From positions 22,207-54,206 of the forward strand of contig JAKZES010000030.1 in the NCBI GenBank assembly GCA_022548915.1: a stretch of 32,000 bases of DNA, read 5' to 3'. A model generated the notes under the pieces. The model did no database searches, was not told the DNA's origin, and worked only from the letters and a program-made list of their open reading frames with translations. The position numbers and the translations under genes were made by a program. The stretch's first letter is position 1. Each line of letters begins with the position of its first letter. This document shows, piece after piece, positions 1 to 7,588 of the stretch. This DNA is from Verrucomicrobiaceae bacterium E54. GTDB lineage: Bacteria > Verrucomicrobiota > Verrucomicrobiia > Verrucomicrobiales > Akkermansiaceae.

Positions 1-86
1 AACCGCGCCGCGTGGGCCGGGGCCGTCAACACGAGCCCCACCACCACGATCAGCCACAGCCGCCAAAGTACCGTTGTCCCCCTCAC
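1..86 (-). CDS. 5' end of an unidentified exported protein (partial, runs off the window)
   Basis: The minus-strand frame is open from about 104 to the window edge. GTG at 84-86 gives MRGTTVLWRLWLIVVVGLVLTAPAHAAR..., a typical signal peptide (basic n-region, hydrophobic core, AHA site). It is absent from the ORF track because it is open-ended. Confidence 0.3.
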   Translation of the reverse strand, partial: MRGTTVLWRLWLIVVVGLVLTAPAHAAR

Positions 87-140
87 AATGCCGAACGTAA
101 ATGATTAGGAAACCTTGATCAAAAACTTTTTAAAAGTTTT

Positions 141-1001
141 TCACTGGATTTCCTCTCCTTCGACGTCAGGGGGATTCACTTCTTCAATTTCTTTTCGAAG
201 TTTCTTCGAAAGGAAGGGCCGCACCAGCAGCCCGTAGACGAGGTAGGCGCTGAAAAGCACCACCGGCATGATGTAGCGGTAGCGCACGGTGGCGACGATC
301 ACCACGGCGACGATGACGATGAGCATGGGGGTCGCCCGGGTCCGCCAGTCGACCTTTTTGAAACTCGGATACCGGACATCGCTGATCATCAGGAACGAAA
401 GCCCGAGCATCGCGCCGGCGATCACGAATTTCCAGGCGCCCAGATCGCGGTCGGTGTCCTCGAGGTAGATGATGAGGAAGGTCAGCGAGGAGATGAAGCC
501 GGCCGCCATCGGGATGGGAATCCCGCGGAAGTCGTGGTCTTCCGGATCCCTCTGCGGCATGGCGGCCAGGCAGTTGAAGCGGGCGAGCCGGATCGCCCCG
601 CAGAGCACGTAGATGCAGGCCAGGACCCATCCCAGGCCCTCGACCACGGAGTCGAGCGGGAACAGCACCGCCTTGGCCATCAACAGCGAAGGCGCCATGC
701 CGAAGGAGATGACGTCGGCCAACGAGTCGAACTCCCGACCAAAGGGAGACTCCTTGCCCCCGAGTCGCGCCAGGCGGCCGTCGAGCAGGTCGAAGATGCA
801 GGAGCCGAAGATCAACAGAATGGCCCGTTCGTAGTACGGCTTGGCGAGGGCAAAGGCGTACCCCCCATCCTGCCCGGTCGCCTCGAGAATGCCGTTGAAG
901 ATGCTGAGCACCGCAAAGAACCCACACGCCAGATTTCCCGCCGTCATCAGGTTCGGCAGCAGGTAGATCTTCGGTTCGTCGGGTGACTTGGGCTTGAGCA
1001 T
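141..1001 (-). CDS. pssA: CDP-diacylglycerol--serine O-phosphatidyltransferase (CDP-alcohol phosphatidyltransferase family)
   Basis: Carries the motif DLLDGRLARLGGKESPFGREFDSLAD (D-x2-DG-x2-AR...G-x3-D-x3-D) and multiple TM helices. The N-terminus is PssA-like (IYLLPNLMTAGN). The track start at 1025 is GTG; the ATG at 999-1001 (MLKPK...) is preferred. Confidence 0.8.
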   Translation of the reverse strand: MLKPKSPDEPKIYLLPNLMTAGNLACGFFAVLSIFNGILEATGQDGGYAFALAKPYYERAILLIFGSCIFDLLDGRLARLGGKESPFGREFDSLADVISFGMAPSLLMAKAVLFPLDSVVEGLGWVLACIYVLCGAIRLARFNCLAAMPQRDPEDHDFRGIPIPMAAGFISSLTFLIIYLEDTDRDLGAWKFVIAGAMLGLSFLMISDVRYPSFKKVDWRTRATPMLIVIVAVVIVATVRYRYIMPVVLFSAYLVYGLLVRPFLSKKLRKEIEEVNPPDVEGEEIQ

Positions 1002-1126
1002 CGTCGGGCCGACGGTATCGCCCACCCCGCCCCGGCGACAGACGAAAATCGATCCCGGCCTTTCTCCCTCTCCCGGGGATCGACGCGGTTCTTTTCATTT
1101 TCCGCAGCGTGTCGATACTTCCCGCC

Positions 1127-1675
1127 ATGGATCCGACCACGCTCACCCCCGACACGCCGATGGGCGCGATCCTCGAGGCCCTTCCCGGTGCCCGGCGTGC
1201 GCTGTTCGCGCGCTATCACCTCGGTGGCTGCCAGAGCTGCGGGTTCCCGCCGGAAGAAACGCTGGCCCAACTCGCCCGCCGATCGGGGGAGCTGGATCCG
1301 GACGAAATGCTCGCGCACCTGCTGGAAAGCCACCGCCACGATCAGGCGATGCTGGTCTCCGCCGTCGAGGCCGACGAAGCCCTCCGCTCAGACGAACCGC
1401 CGCTGCTGGTCGACACCCGGACCCGCGAAGAGCACGAGGCCGTGGCCATTCCCGGCTCGGAGTTCATGACCGGGGAACTGCAGCAGAAGCTTTTCGCCGG
1501 CGATCCCGGGCGCGCCATCCTGCTTTACGACCACACCGGTCGACACGTGCTTGATCACTGTTCGTGGTTTCAGGGACACGGATTGAAGAACACCCGCGCC
1601 ATCGAAGGCGGGATCGATGCCTGGTCCCGGCAGGTCGACCCCTCCCTCCGCCGCTACCGACTGGAAATCGAATGA
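1127..1675 (+). CDS. DUF1858 (redox-disulfide CxxC) domain fused to a rhodanese-like domain
   Basis: N-terminal segment ILEALPGARRALFARYHLGGCQSCGF is DUF1858-like with CxxC. The C-terminal segment LLVDTRTREEHEAVAIPGSEF...LYDHTGRHV...GGIDAW has a rhodanese fold, with Asp where the catalytic Cys loop normally sits. The track start at 1109 is GTG; there is an ATG at 1127. Confidence 0.6.
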   Translation: MDPTTLTPDTPMGAILEALPGARRALFARYHLGGCQSCGFPPEETLAQLARRSGELDPDEMLAHLLESHRHDQAMLVSAVEADEALRSDEPPLLVDTRTREEHEAVAIPGSEFMTGELQQKLFAGDPGRAILLYDHTGRHVLDHCSWFQGHGLKNTRAIEGGIDAWSRQVDPSLRRYRLEIE

Positions 1676-2598
1676 AACGCCGCCACTTCCTCAGCACCGC
1701 CTCCCTCGCTGCGCTTCCACTTTCGGCCCGTGCCGAAGACGCGCCGCCCGCCGCCCGACCGCTGCGCTCCGCGAATCCGATCGGCGTTTCCTCGTATTCC
1801 TTCTGGGGCTTCCGGCGCGACGACTTCCGCGACCTGCACGTCTGTCTCGATCACGCGGCAAGGATGGGCTTCGACGGCTTCGAGATTCTCCAGCGGCAGC
1901 TTGTCGAGACCGACAACGCCACCCTGCAGAAGCTCAAGCGCCACGCCTTTGTCAACGGCCTCGACCTGATGGGCTACTCCACCCACCAGGGCTTCCTCTC
2001 GCCGGACAAGGACAAGCGGCAAAGCAACATCGACCACACCATCGAGTGCATCGAGCAGGCCCACGCCCTCGGCATTCCCACCATGCGGGTGAATTCCGGC
2101 ACCTGGGGCACCTCGAAGGACTTCAACGACCTGATGGCCAAGCGGGGGGTCGAAGAACCGCTGGAGGGCAACACCGAGGAAGAGGCCTTCGGCTGGGTGA
2201 TCGACGCCTACGAGAAGATCGTGCCGGTCGCCGAGAAATGCGGGGTCGTGCTCGGCCTCGAGAACCACTGGGGGCTCGGTGTGACTCCGGAAGGGGTCCA
2301 ACGGGTGGTCGACGCGGTCGATTCGCCGTGGCTCCGGGTCACCCTCGACACCGGCAATTTCCTTGAGGACCCCTACGACCGCCTCGCCATGCTGGCACCG
2401 GAAACCGTCCTGCTGCAGGCCAAGACCTACTTTGGCGGTGGCGTCTGGTACACCCTCGATCTCGATTATCCTCGGATCGCGAAGATCCTCCGCGGGGCCG
2501 GCTTCTCGGGCTACGTGTCCCTGGAATTTGAAGGCAAGGAAGACCCGCTCACGGCGATCCCGAAGAGCCTCGAGCTTCTCCGCAAAGCCTTCGCCTGA
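1672..2598 (+). CDS. Tat-signal sugar phosphate isomerase/epimerase (xylose-isomerase-like TIM barrel)
   Basis: MKRRHFLSTASLAALPLSARA is a twin-arginine signal. The body is typical of the AP-endonuclease-2 / xylose-isomerase-like TIM barrel family (GFDGFEI, GLENHWG, VSLEFEG). The ATG at 1672 overlaps the upstream stop (ATGA). The track ORF 1564.. is an in-frame upstream extension. Confidence 0.7.
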   Translation: MKRRHFLSTASLAALPLSARAEDAPPAARPLRSANPIGVSSYSFWGFRRDDFRDLHVCLDHAARMGFDGFEILQRQLVETDNATLQKLKRHAFVNGLDLMGYSTHQGFLSPDKDKRQSNIDHTIECIEQAHALGIPTMRVNSGTWGTSKDFNDLMAKRGVEEPLEGNTEEEAFGWVIDAYEKIVPVAEKCGVVLGLENHWGLGVTPEGVQRVVDAVDSPWLRVTLDTGNFLEDPYDRLAMLAPETVLLQAKTYFGGGVWYTLDLDYPRIAKILRGAGFSGYVSLEFEGKEDPLTAIPKSLELLRKAFA

Positions 2599-2611
2599 GT
2601 CCCTGACGAGC

Positions 2612-2920
2612 TTAGAAAAGGCGTCCGCCCGCCCAAGCCATCAGGACCAGAAGGACCACGGCGGTCAGCCACCAGTACCACCGGATCGGCACCCGGCGGT
2701 GAGGAGCCTTCCCGAATTCCCTTTTCACGAAATCATCGTAGTCGAAGTCGTCGTCGGGCAGGTCGAGGCCGTCGTGGGCGGCTTCCTGCTCCCAGGACCG
2801 CCGGACTTTCGCCGCCTTCGGCTTGCGGCGGCGGGACGGCTTGCTGCAAGTCGGGCAACCCTTCACTCCCACGCGGAGTTCGGCGCCACACCCGGGACAA
2901 ATCCACTTTTCTTCGGCCAT
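2612..2920 (-). CDS. small zinc-ribbon protein with acidic linker and C-terminal TM anchor (hypothetical)
   Basis: Contains CPGC...x11...CPTC (a four-Cys ribbon), a basic stretch, the acidic DLPDDDFDYDDF, then the hydrophobic WYWWLTAVVLLVLMAWAG. It starts 9 bp after the stop of the upstream HNH gene. Confidence 0.5.
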   Translation of the reverse strand: MAEEKWICPGCGAELRVGVKGCPTCSKPSRRRKPKAAKVRRSWEQEAAHDGLDLPDDDFDYDDFVKREFGKAPHRRVPIRWYWWLTAVVLLVLMAWAGGRLF

Positions 2921-2929
2921 GCCCGGACC

Positions 2930-3544
2930 TCAGGCGGAGAGTTTGACGGCCTTGCGGTCGGGTTCGAGGAAATGGCTCCAGCTCTCGTGCGGGGTTCCGT
3001 GATAGCCCCGGAGTCCGAACACCGGCCGCCAGCGGGGAGTCGCCGGCTTTCGCAGCGGATGCATGTTGGCATCCTTCGGGAGCTTGTTGGCCTTGCGCGT
3101 GTTGCAGCGGATGCACGAGGTGACGATGTTTTCCCAGGTCATCTCACCGCCGCGGGCCCGGGGCAGCACGTGATCCAGATTCAGCTCCGGCTCGGGAAAT
3201 TCCTTCGCGCAATACTGACAGGTGAACTGATCCCGGAGAAAGACGTTGCGGCGGGTCAGGCGCACTTCCAGCCGCGGGTACTTGTCGAAGACGGAGAGGA
3301 TCACGATCCGTGGAACCCCGAGCGCGATGCGGACCGAGCGGATCACTTCGCCGACTGCGCCGGTGGCCGAATACTCGAGCCAACTCTGGAAATCGTGGGT
3401 CTGGAATTTGGCCTCGCCCTCGGTCTGGAGCACCTGGGCGTGGCCCAGGCAGAGAAGCTTCAGCGCCCGCTTCGCGGAGCAGGTGGAAACCGGCTGCCAG
3501 AAGCGATTGAGAACCAGAACCGAACGATTCAGCGTGCTCTCCAT
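2930..3544 (-). CDS. HNH endonuclease family protein
   Basis: The C-terminal CQYC...LNLDHVLPRARGG...WENIVTSCIRCNTRKAN is an HNH nuclease/zinc-finger core. The N-terminal LVLNRFWQPV region matches the widespread ~180-200 aa HNH family seen in Actinobacteria and PVC. The track start at 3580 is GTG; the ATG at 3544 (MESTLNRS) is preferred. Confidence 0.7.
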   Translation of the reverse strand: MESTLNRSVLVLNRFWQPVSTCSAKRALKLLCLGHAQVLQTEGEAKFQTHDFQSWLEYSATGAVGEVIRSVRIALGVPRIVILSVFDKYPRLEVRLTRRNVFLRDQFTCQYCAKEFPEPELNLDHVLPRARGGEMTWENIVTSCIRCNTRKANKLPKDANMHPLRKPATPRWRPVFGLRGYHGTPHESWSHFLEPDRKAVKLSA

Positions 3545-3642
3545 CTCCTTTCCCAGATTGCCCGGGAAATTAGCAGACACCCCGGGGCTGCCAAGATTGA
3601 AATTCAGCTCTTGTCTGAAGTCCGGCCGCCTTCGGCGATCGG

Positions 3643-4356
3643 CTACAGGTCCGGATCCTCGTCCTGGATCTCGGCAGCCCGCTTTCTGGCGTAGCGGATG
3701 TCCTCGGCCCGGTCGAGGAACACGGCGTCCTCGCCAATGTTCACCGCCAGGTCGCCGACCCTTTCCAGGGAGCGCACGACGAAGATCAGGTGCAGGTAGG
3801 CCTCCGTCGTGTCCCCGCCCTGCTCGATGCGCTCGCTCAGGGTGCCGATGACCCGCTTGTGGGCCCGGTCCAGTTCCAGGTCCCGCTCGCGCAGCGACGC
3901 GCCGAGCGAGCCGTTGCGGTCGGTGTAGGCGAGGAAGGCGTCCTTGAGAATTCCGTCGGCAATCGTGTAGACCGGTTCGATCAACTGCGTTTCGGGCACT
4001 TCCTGCTTCTGCAGCATCTTCTTCGCCCGCTTGGAAATGTTCACCGCGTGGTCGGAGATTCGCTCGAGTGCGGCCGCGACCTTCATCGAGCTGATCACCT
4101 TCCGCAGGTCGGTCGCCACCGGATGAAAGCGCACGAGGATGTCGAGGCCCGCGGCGTCGATCTTGCGCTCCGCCTCGTCGACGTCGTCATCATCGGCGAT
4201 GACCGCCCGGCACAGGTCGAGGTCGCGGGTCATGAGCCCGGAGACCGCCCGCTCGAGGTTGAGACGGGTCTGACCGGCCATCACGCTGACGGTGTTCCCC
4301 AGCGAGTTGAAGGCCGCGTCGAACTCGCGGATGATGTGGGGTGATTTCGATTCCAT
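3643..4356 (-). CDS. phoU: phosphate signalling complex / transport regulator PhoU
   Basis: Two PhoU repeats are present with ERISDHAVNI and LERVGDLAVNI motifs. The size is ~237 aa and the gene lies immediately downstream of pstB. Confidence 0.9.
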   Translation of the reverse strand: MESKSPHIIREFDAAFNSLGNTVSVMAGQTRLNLERAVSGLMTRDLDLCRAVIADDDDVDEAERKIDAAGLDILVRFHPVATDLRKVISSMKVAAALERISDHAVNISKRAKKMLQKQEVPETQLIEPVYTIADGILKDAFLAYTDRNGSLGASLRERDLELDRAHKRVIGTLSERIEQGGDTTEAYLHLIFVVRSLERVGDLAVNIGEDAVFLDRAEDIRYARKRAAEIQDEDPDL

Positions 4357-4376
4357 GTTAGGGTGTGTCTTCTGGT

Positions 4377-5180
4377 TCAGCCGAACCGGCCGGTGATGTA
4401 GTCTTCGGTCTCGACTCGCTCCGGGTTCGAGAAAATCCGCGAGGTCTCGCCGTATTCGATCAGCTTTCCGAGGTAGAAGAACGCCGTCTGGTCGGACACC
4501 CTTCTGGCCTGCTGCATGTTGTGCGTCACGATGACGATCGTGTAGTTCTTCTTCAACTCAAGGATCAACTCCTCGACCTTGGCGGTCGCCACCGGGTCGA
4601 GGGCCGAACAGGGTTCGTCCATCAGGACGATCTCCGGCTTCACCGCGATGGTGCGGGCGATGCAAAGGCGCTGCTGCTGTCCTCCGGAAAGGCCGAAGGC
4701 GCTCTCCTCGAGCCGGTCCTTGACCTCGTCCCAGAGGGCCGAGCCGCGAAGCGCGGACTCCACGATCCCGTCCAGCTCGCCCTTGTCCTTCACGCCGGTC
4801 AGTCGCGGTCCGTAGGCGACATTCTCGTAGATCGAGCGGGGAAAGGGGTTGCTCTTCTGGAAGACCATCCCGATGCGTCGGCGAAGCTCGACCGGATCGA
4901 CCTCCGGGCTGTGGATCTCGACCCCGTCGATGTGAATCGTTCCGCGGGTCACCCGGGCGCCCGGGACCAGATCGTTCATCCGGTTGAAACAGCGCAACAG
5001 CGTCGATTTGCCGCAGCCCGAGGGACCGATGAAGGCGACGATCTGGCTGCTTGGAATGTCGAAAGAGATGTCTTCCAGCGCCAGCGAGGAGCCGTAGCAA
5101 AAGTCCACGTCCCTCACCTCGACGGCGGCTTGGCTCACCCTCTCGTCAATTCTGTCGGCAGTGGTCACCATCTCATGCAT
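4377..5180 (-). CDS. pstB: phosphate ABC transporter ATP-binding protein (distal copy)
   Basis: Walker [10 protein letters not shown], signature LSGGQQQRL, Walker [13 protein letters not shown], and the PstB-typical C-terminus YITGRFG. Its start overlaps the stop of the upstream pstB copy (TGATG-type 1-nt overlap at 5180). Confidence 0.9.
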   Translation of the reverse strand: MHEMVTTADRIDERVSQAAVEVRDVDFCYGSSLALEDISFDIPSSQIVAFIGPSGCGKSTLLRCFNRMNDLVPGARVTRGTIHIDGVEIHSPEVDPVELRRRIGMVFQKSNPFPRSIYENVAYGPRLTGVKDKGELDGIVESALRGSALWDEVKDRLEESAFGLSGGQQQRLCIARTIAVKPEIVLMDEPCSALDPVATAKVEELILELKKNYTIVIVTHNMQQARRVSDQTAFFYLGKLIEYGETSRIFSNPERVETEDYITGRFG

Positions 5181-5941
5181 CAGCTGAATCTCCCCGAAAT
5201 GTAGGCCTCGGTATCCTCCTCGCTGGGATTCTCAAAGAGTTGCTTGGTGGGGCCGTATTCAACCAGGCGCCCCATGTAAAGGAATGCCGTGCGATCCGAG
5301 CAGCGGGACGCCTGCTCCATGTTGTGGGTCACGATGACGATCGTGAACTGGGACTTCAGGTCCCGGATCAGCGATTCGATCTTGAGCGTCGCGGTCGGGT
5401 CCAGCGCCGCGCACGGCTCGTCCATCAACAGGATCTCCGGCTGGTTCGCGATCGCCCGCGCGATGCAGAGCCGCTGCTGCTGCCCGCCGGACAGCCCGAA
5501 GGCGCTGTCGTGGAGCCGGTCCTTCACCTCGTCCCACAGGGCGGCGGAGCGCAGCGAACGCTCGACCACCTCGTCGAGTTCCTTCTTCTTGTTGCGGCCC
5601 GCGACCCGGAGGCTGAAGATGACGTTCTCGTAGACCGTCTTGGCGAAGGGATTGTATTTCTGGAACACCATGCCGACCCGCTTGCGCAGGGAAATCACCT
5701 CGATCCTGGGGTCGTAGAGGCTCTTCCCGTTCAGCCGGATGTCGCCCCGGTGACGCACCCCCTCGATCAGGTCGTTCATCCGGTTCATGTTTCGCAGCAG
5801 GGTCGACTTGCCGCAGCCGGACGGCCCGATCAGCGCGGTCACCTCCTGCTGGGGAATCGCCATGTCGATGTCATGCAGCGCCTGCTTCTCCCCGTAGAAG
5901 AAGCTGAACTTGTCGACGGCGATGAAATCTTCGCGGGGCAT
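5180..5941 (-). CDS. pstB: phosphate ABC transporter ATP-binding protein (proximal copy)
   Basis: Walker [10 protein letters not shown], signature LSGGQQQRL, Walker [14 protein letters not shown]-terminus YISGRFS. Its start overlaps the pstA stop at 5941. Confidence 0.9.
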   Translation of the reverse strand: MPREDFIAVDKFSFFYGEKQALHDIDMAIPQQEVTALIGPSGCGKSTLLRNMNRMNDLIEGVRHRGDIRLNGKSLYDPRIEVISLRKRVGMVFQKYNPFAKTVYENVIFSLRVAGRNKKKELDEVVERSLRSAALWDEVKDRLHDSAFGLSGGQQQRLCIARAIANQPEILLMDEPCAALDPTATLKIESLIRDLKSQFTIVIVTHNMEQASRCSDRTAFLYMGRLVEYGPTKQLFENPSEEDTEAYISGRFS

Positions 5942-7581
5942 CAGAAACTACTGGTGGCGTACTTCTTGCGGAGGCGGTTGCGGATGATGATGGCCGCCAG
6001 GTTCATTACCACCACGATGGTGATCAGGAGCAGGGTGGTCGCGAAGACCATCGGCTTCGCCGCCTCCGAATCGGGCGACTGAAAGCCGAGGTCGTAGATG
6101 TGGAAGCCGAGGTGCATGAACTGCCGCTCCGGATGGATGAAGGGCGCGGTCACGTCGATCGGAAGGTCGGGCGCGCTCTTGACCACGCCGACCAGCATCA
6201 GGGGCGCCACCTCCCCCGCCCCCCGGGCCATGGCGAGAATCACACCTGTGAGAATCCCGGGCAGCGAGGCCGGGAGCACCACCCGCTGGATGGCCTGCCA
6301 TTTCGAGGCCCCGCAGGCCAGGGCCGCCTCGCGGACTCCGCGCGGCACGGCGGCCAGGGCTTCCTCGGTCGCGACGATGACCACCGGCACGGTGAGCAGG
6401 GCCAGAGTCAGCGATGCCCACAGGATCCCGCCACTCTTGTAAACCGGCTCCTCCGCGTTGGGGAAGAAGACGCCGTCGACGACGCCGCCGACGAAGTAGA
6501 TGAAGAACGCCAGGCCGAAGACGCCGAAGACGATGGACGGCACCCCGGCCAGGTTGTTGACCGAGATCCGGACCGCGCGGACGAACGGACCCTGCTTGGC
6601 GTATTCGCGCAGGTAGATCGCCGCGATCACCCCGAAGGGCGTAACGAAGAGGCTCATGACGATGGTCATGATCACCGTTCCGAAAATGGCCGGATAGACG
6701 CCTCCCTCGGTGTTCGCCTCGCGGGGGTCCATGGTGAGGAAATTCCAGATCCGCCGAAGCATCTCGCCAAGGCGCCCGAAGAAACCCACCTCGTTCGGCC
6801 TCAGAACGTGCAGCAGGCTTTCTCCGGAGATGACGATCTCCCTTCCATCGACCGCCTCGATGTAGAGGTGCCGGGCCTTCATGAGTTCCTCGATCTTCAC
6901 CTTCTCGGCGAACAGTTCCTCGTACTCCGCCTGGAGCTTCTCCAGCTCCGCATCGATCTCCGGAATGGATCCCCCAACCTTGCCATCCGCGATCAGCCGC
7001 TTCTTAAGCTCGAGTTCCTTGATCCGCTTCGAGTTCTTGCCGATCTGGAACTTCTCCACGTCCCGCAATTCGTCGCGGCGGTCCTCGTTGACTTCGATCA
7101 GGGCTTCAAGCTCGTCCTCGAAGGACGGATCCTCCGGGCCCATCCTGCTGCCGTCGGCCAGCTCGATCGCCTTGGCCCGGCCGATCACGTTGCCGCCTGC
7201 GAGACGCTCGACGAGCAGCAGGTCATCGGCCTGCTCGCGACTCACGATGCTGGACGAGTCGAGAAACACGAACTTCTCGCCGTACAACTCCACGTTCCCG
7301 CGAAACAGCTGCACTTCGTGATGGAGGTTTCCGTCGCCATCCCGGCGATCGCGGTCCAGCACCTCGTAGCCGGCCACCTTCTCGGTTCCCGAGTCGGTCT
7401 TCACCTCGAAGACCTGCAGCCGGTCGGGCCAGAAAGTCTGGCAACCCTTGTAAACCACGAGACCGAGCAGCCACAGGGTCATCAGCACACCCAGCGTGAG
7501 GCCGAGCGCGGTAAGCCACACCAGCGGCTCCCCCTTGCGGGAGCGCCCGGTCGTCGCGAATGCTTTGGGTGGTTTCGCCAT
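5941..7581 (-). CDS. pstA: phosphate ABC transporter permease PstA, long form
   Basis: The C-terminal permease core includes [20 protein letters not shown] (EAA-type loop). After the N-terminal TM there is a ~250-aa extra domain with a charged coiled-coil-like stretch ([22 protein letters not shown]...[21 protein letters not shown]). Confidence 0.85.
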   Translation of the reverse strand: MAKPPKAFATTGRSRKGEPLVWLTALGLTLGVLMTLWLLGLVVYKGCQTFWPDRLQVFEVKTDSGTEKVAGYEVLDRDRRDGDGNLHHEVQLFRGNVELYGEKFVFLDSSSIVSREQADDLLLVERLAGGNVIGRAKAIELADGSRMGPEDPSFEDELEALIEVNEDRRDELRDVEKFQIGKNSKRIKELELKKRLIADGKVGGSIPEIDAELEKLQAEYEELFAEKVKIEELMKARHLYIEAVDGREIVISGESLLHVLRPNEVGFFGRLGEMLRRIWNFLTMDPREANTEGGVYPAIFGTVIMTIVMSLFVTPFGVIAAIYLREYAKQGPFVRAVRISVNNLAGVPSIVFGVFGLAFFIYFVGGVVDGVFFPNAEEPVYKSGGILWASLTLALLTVPVVIVATEEALAAVPRGVREAALACGASKWQAIQRVVLPASLPGILTGVILAMARGAGEVAPLMLVGVVKSAPDLPIDVTAPFIHPERQFMHLGFHIYDLGFQSPDSEAAKPMVFATTLLLITIVVVMNLAAIIIRNRLRKKYATSSF

Positions 7582-7588
7582 GGTTGGT

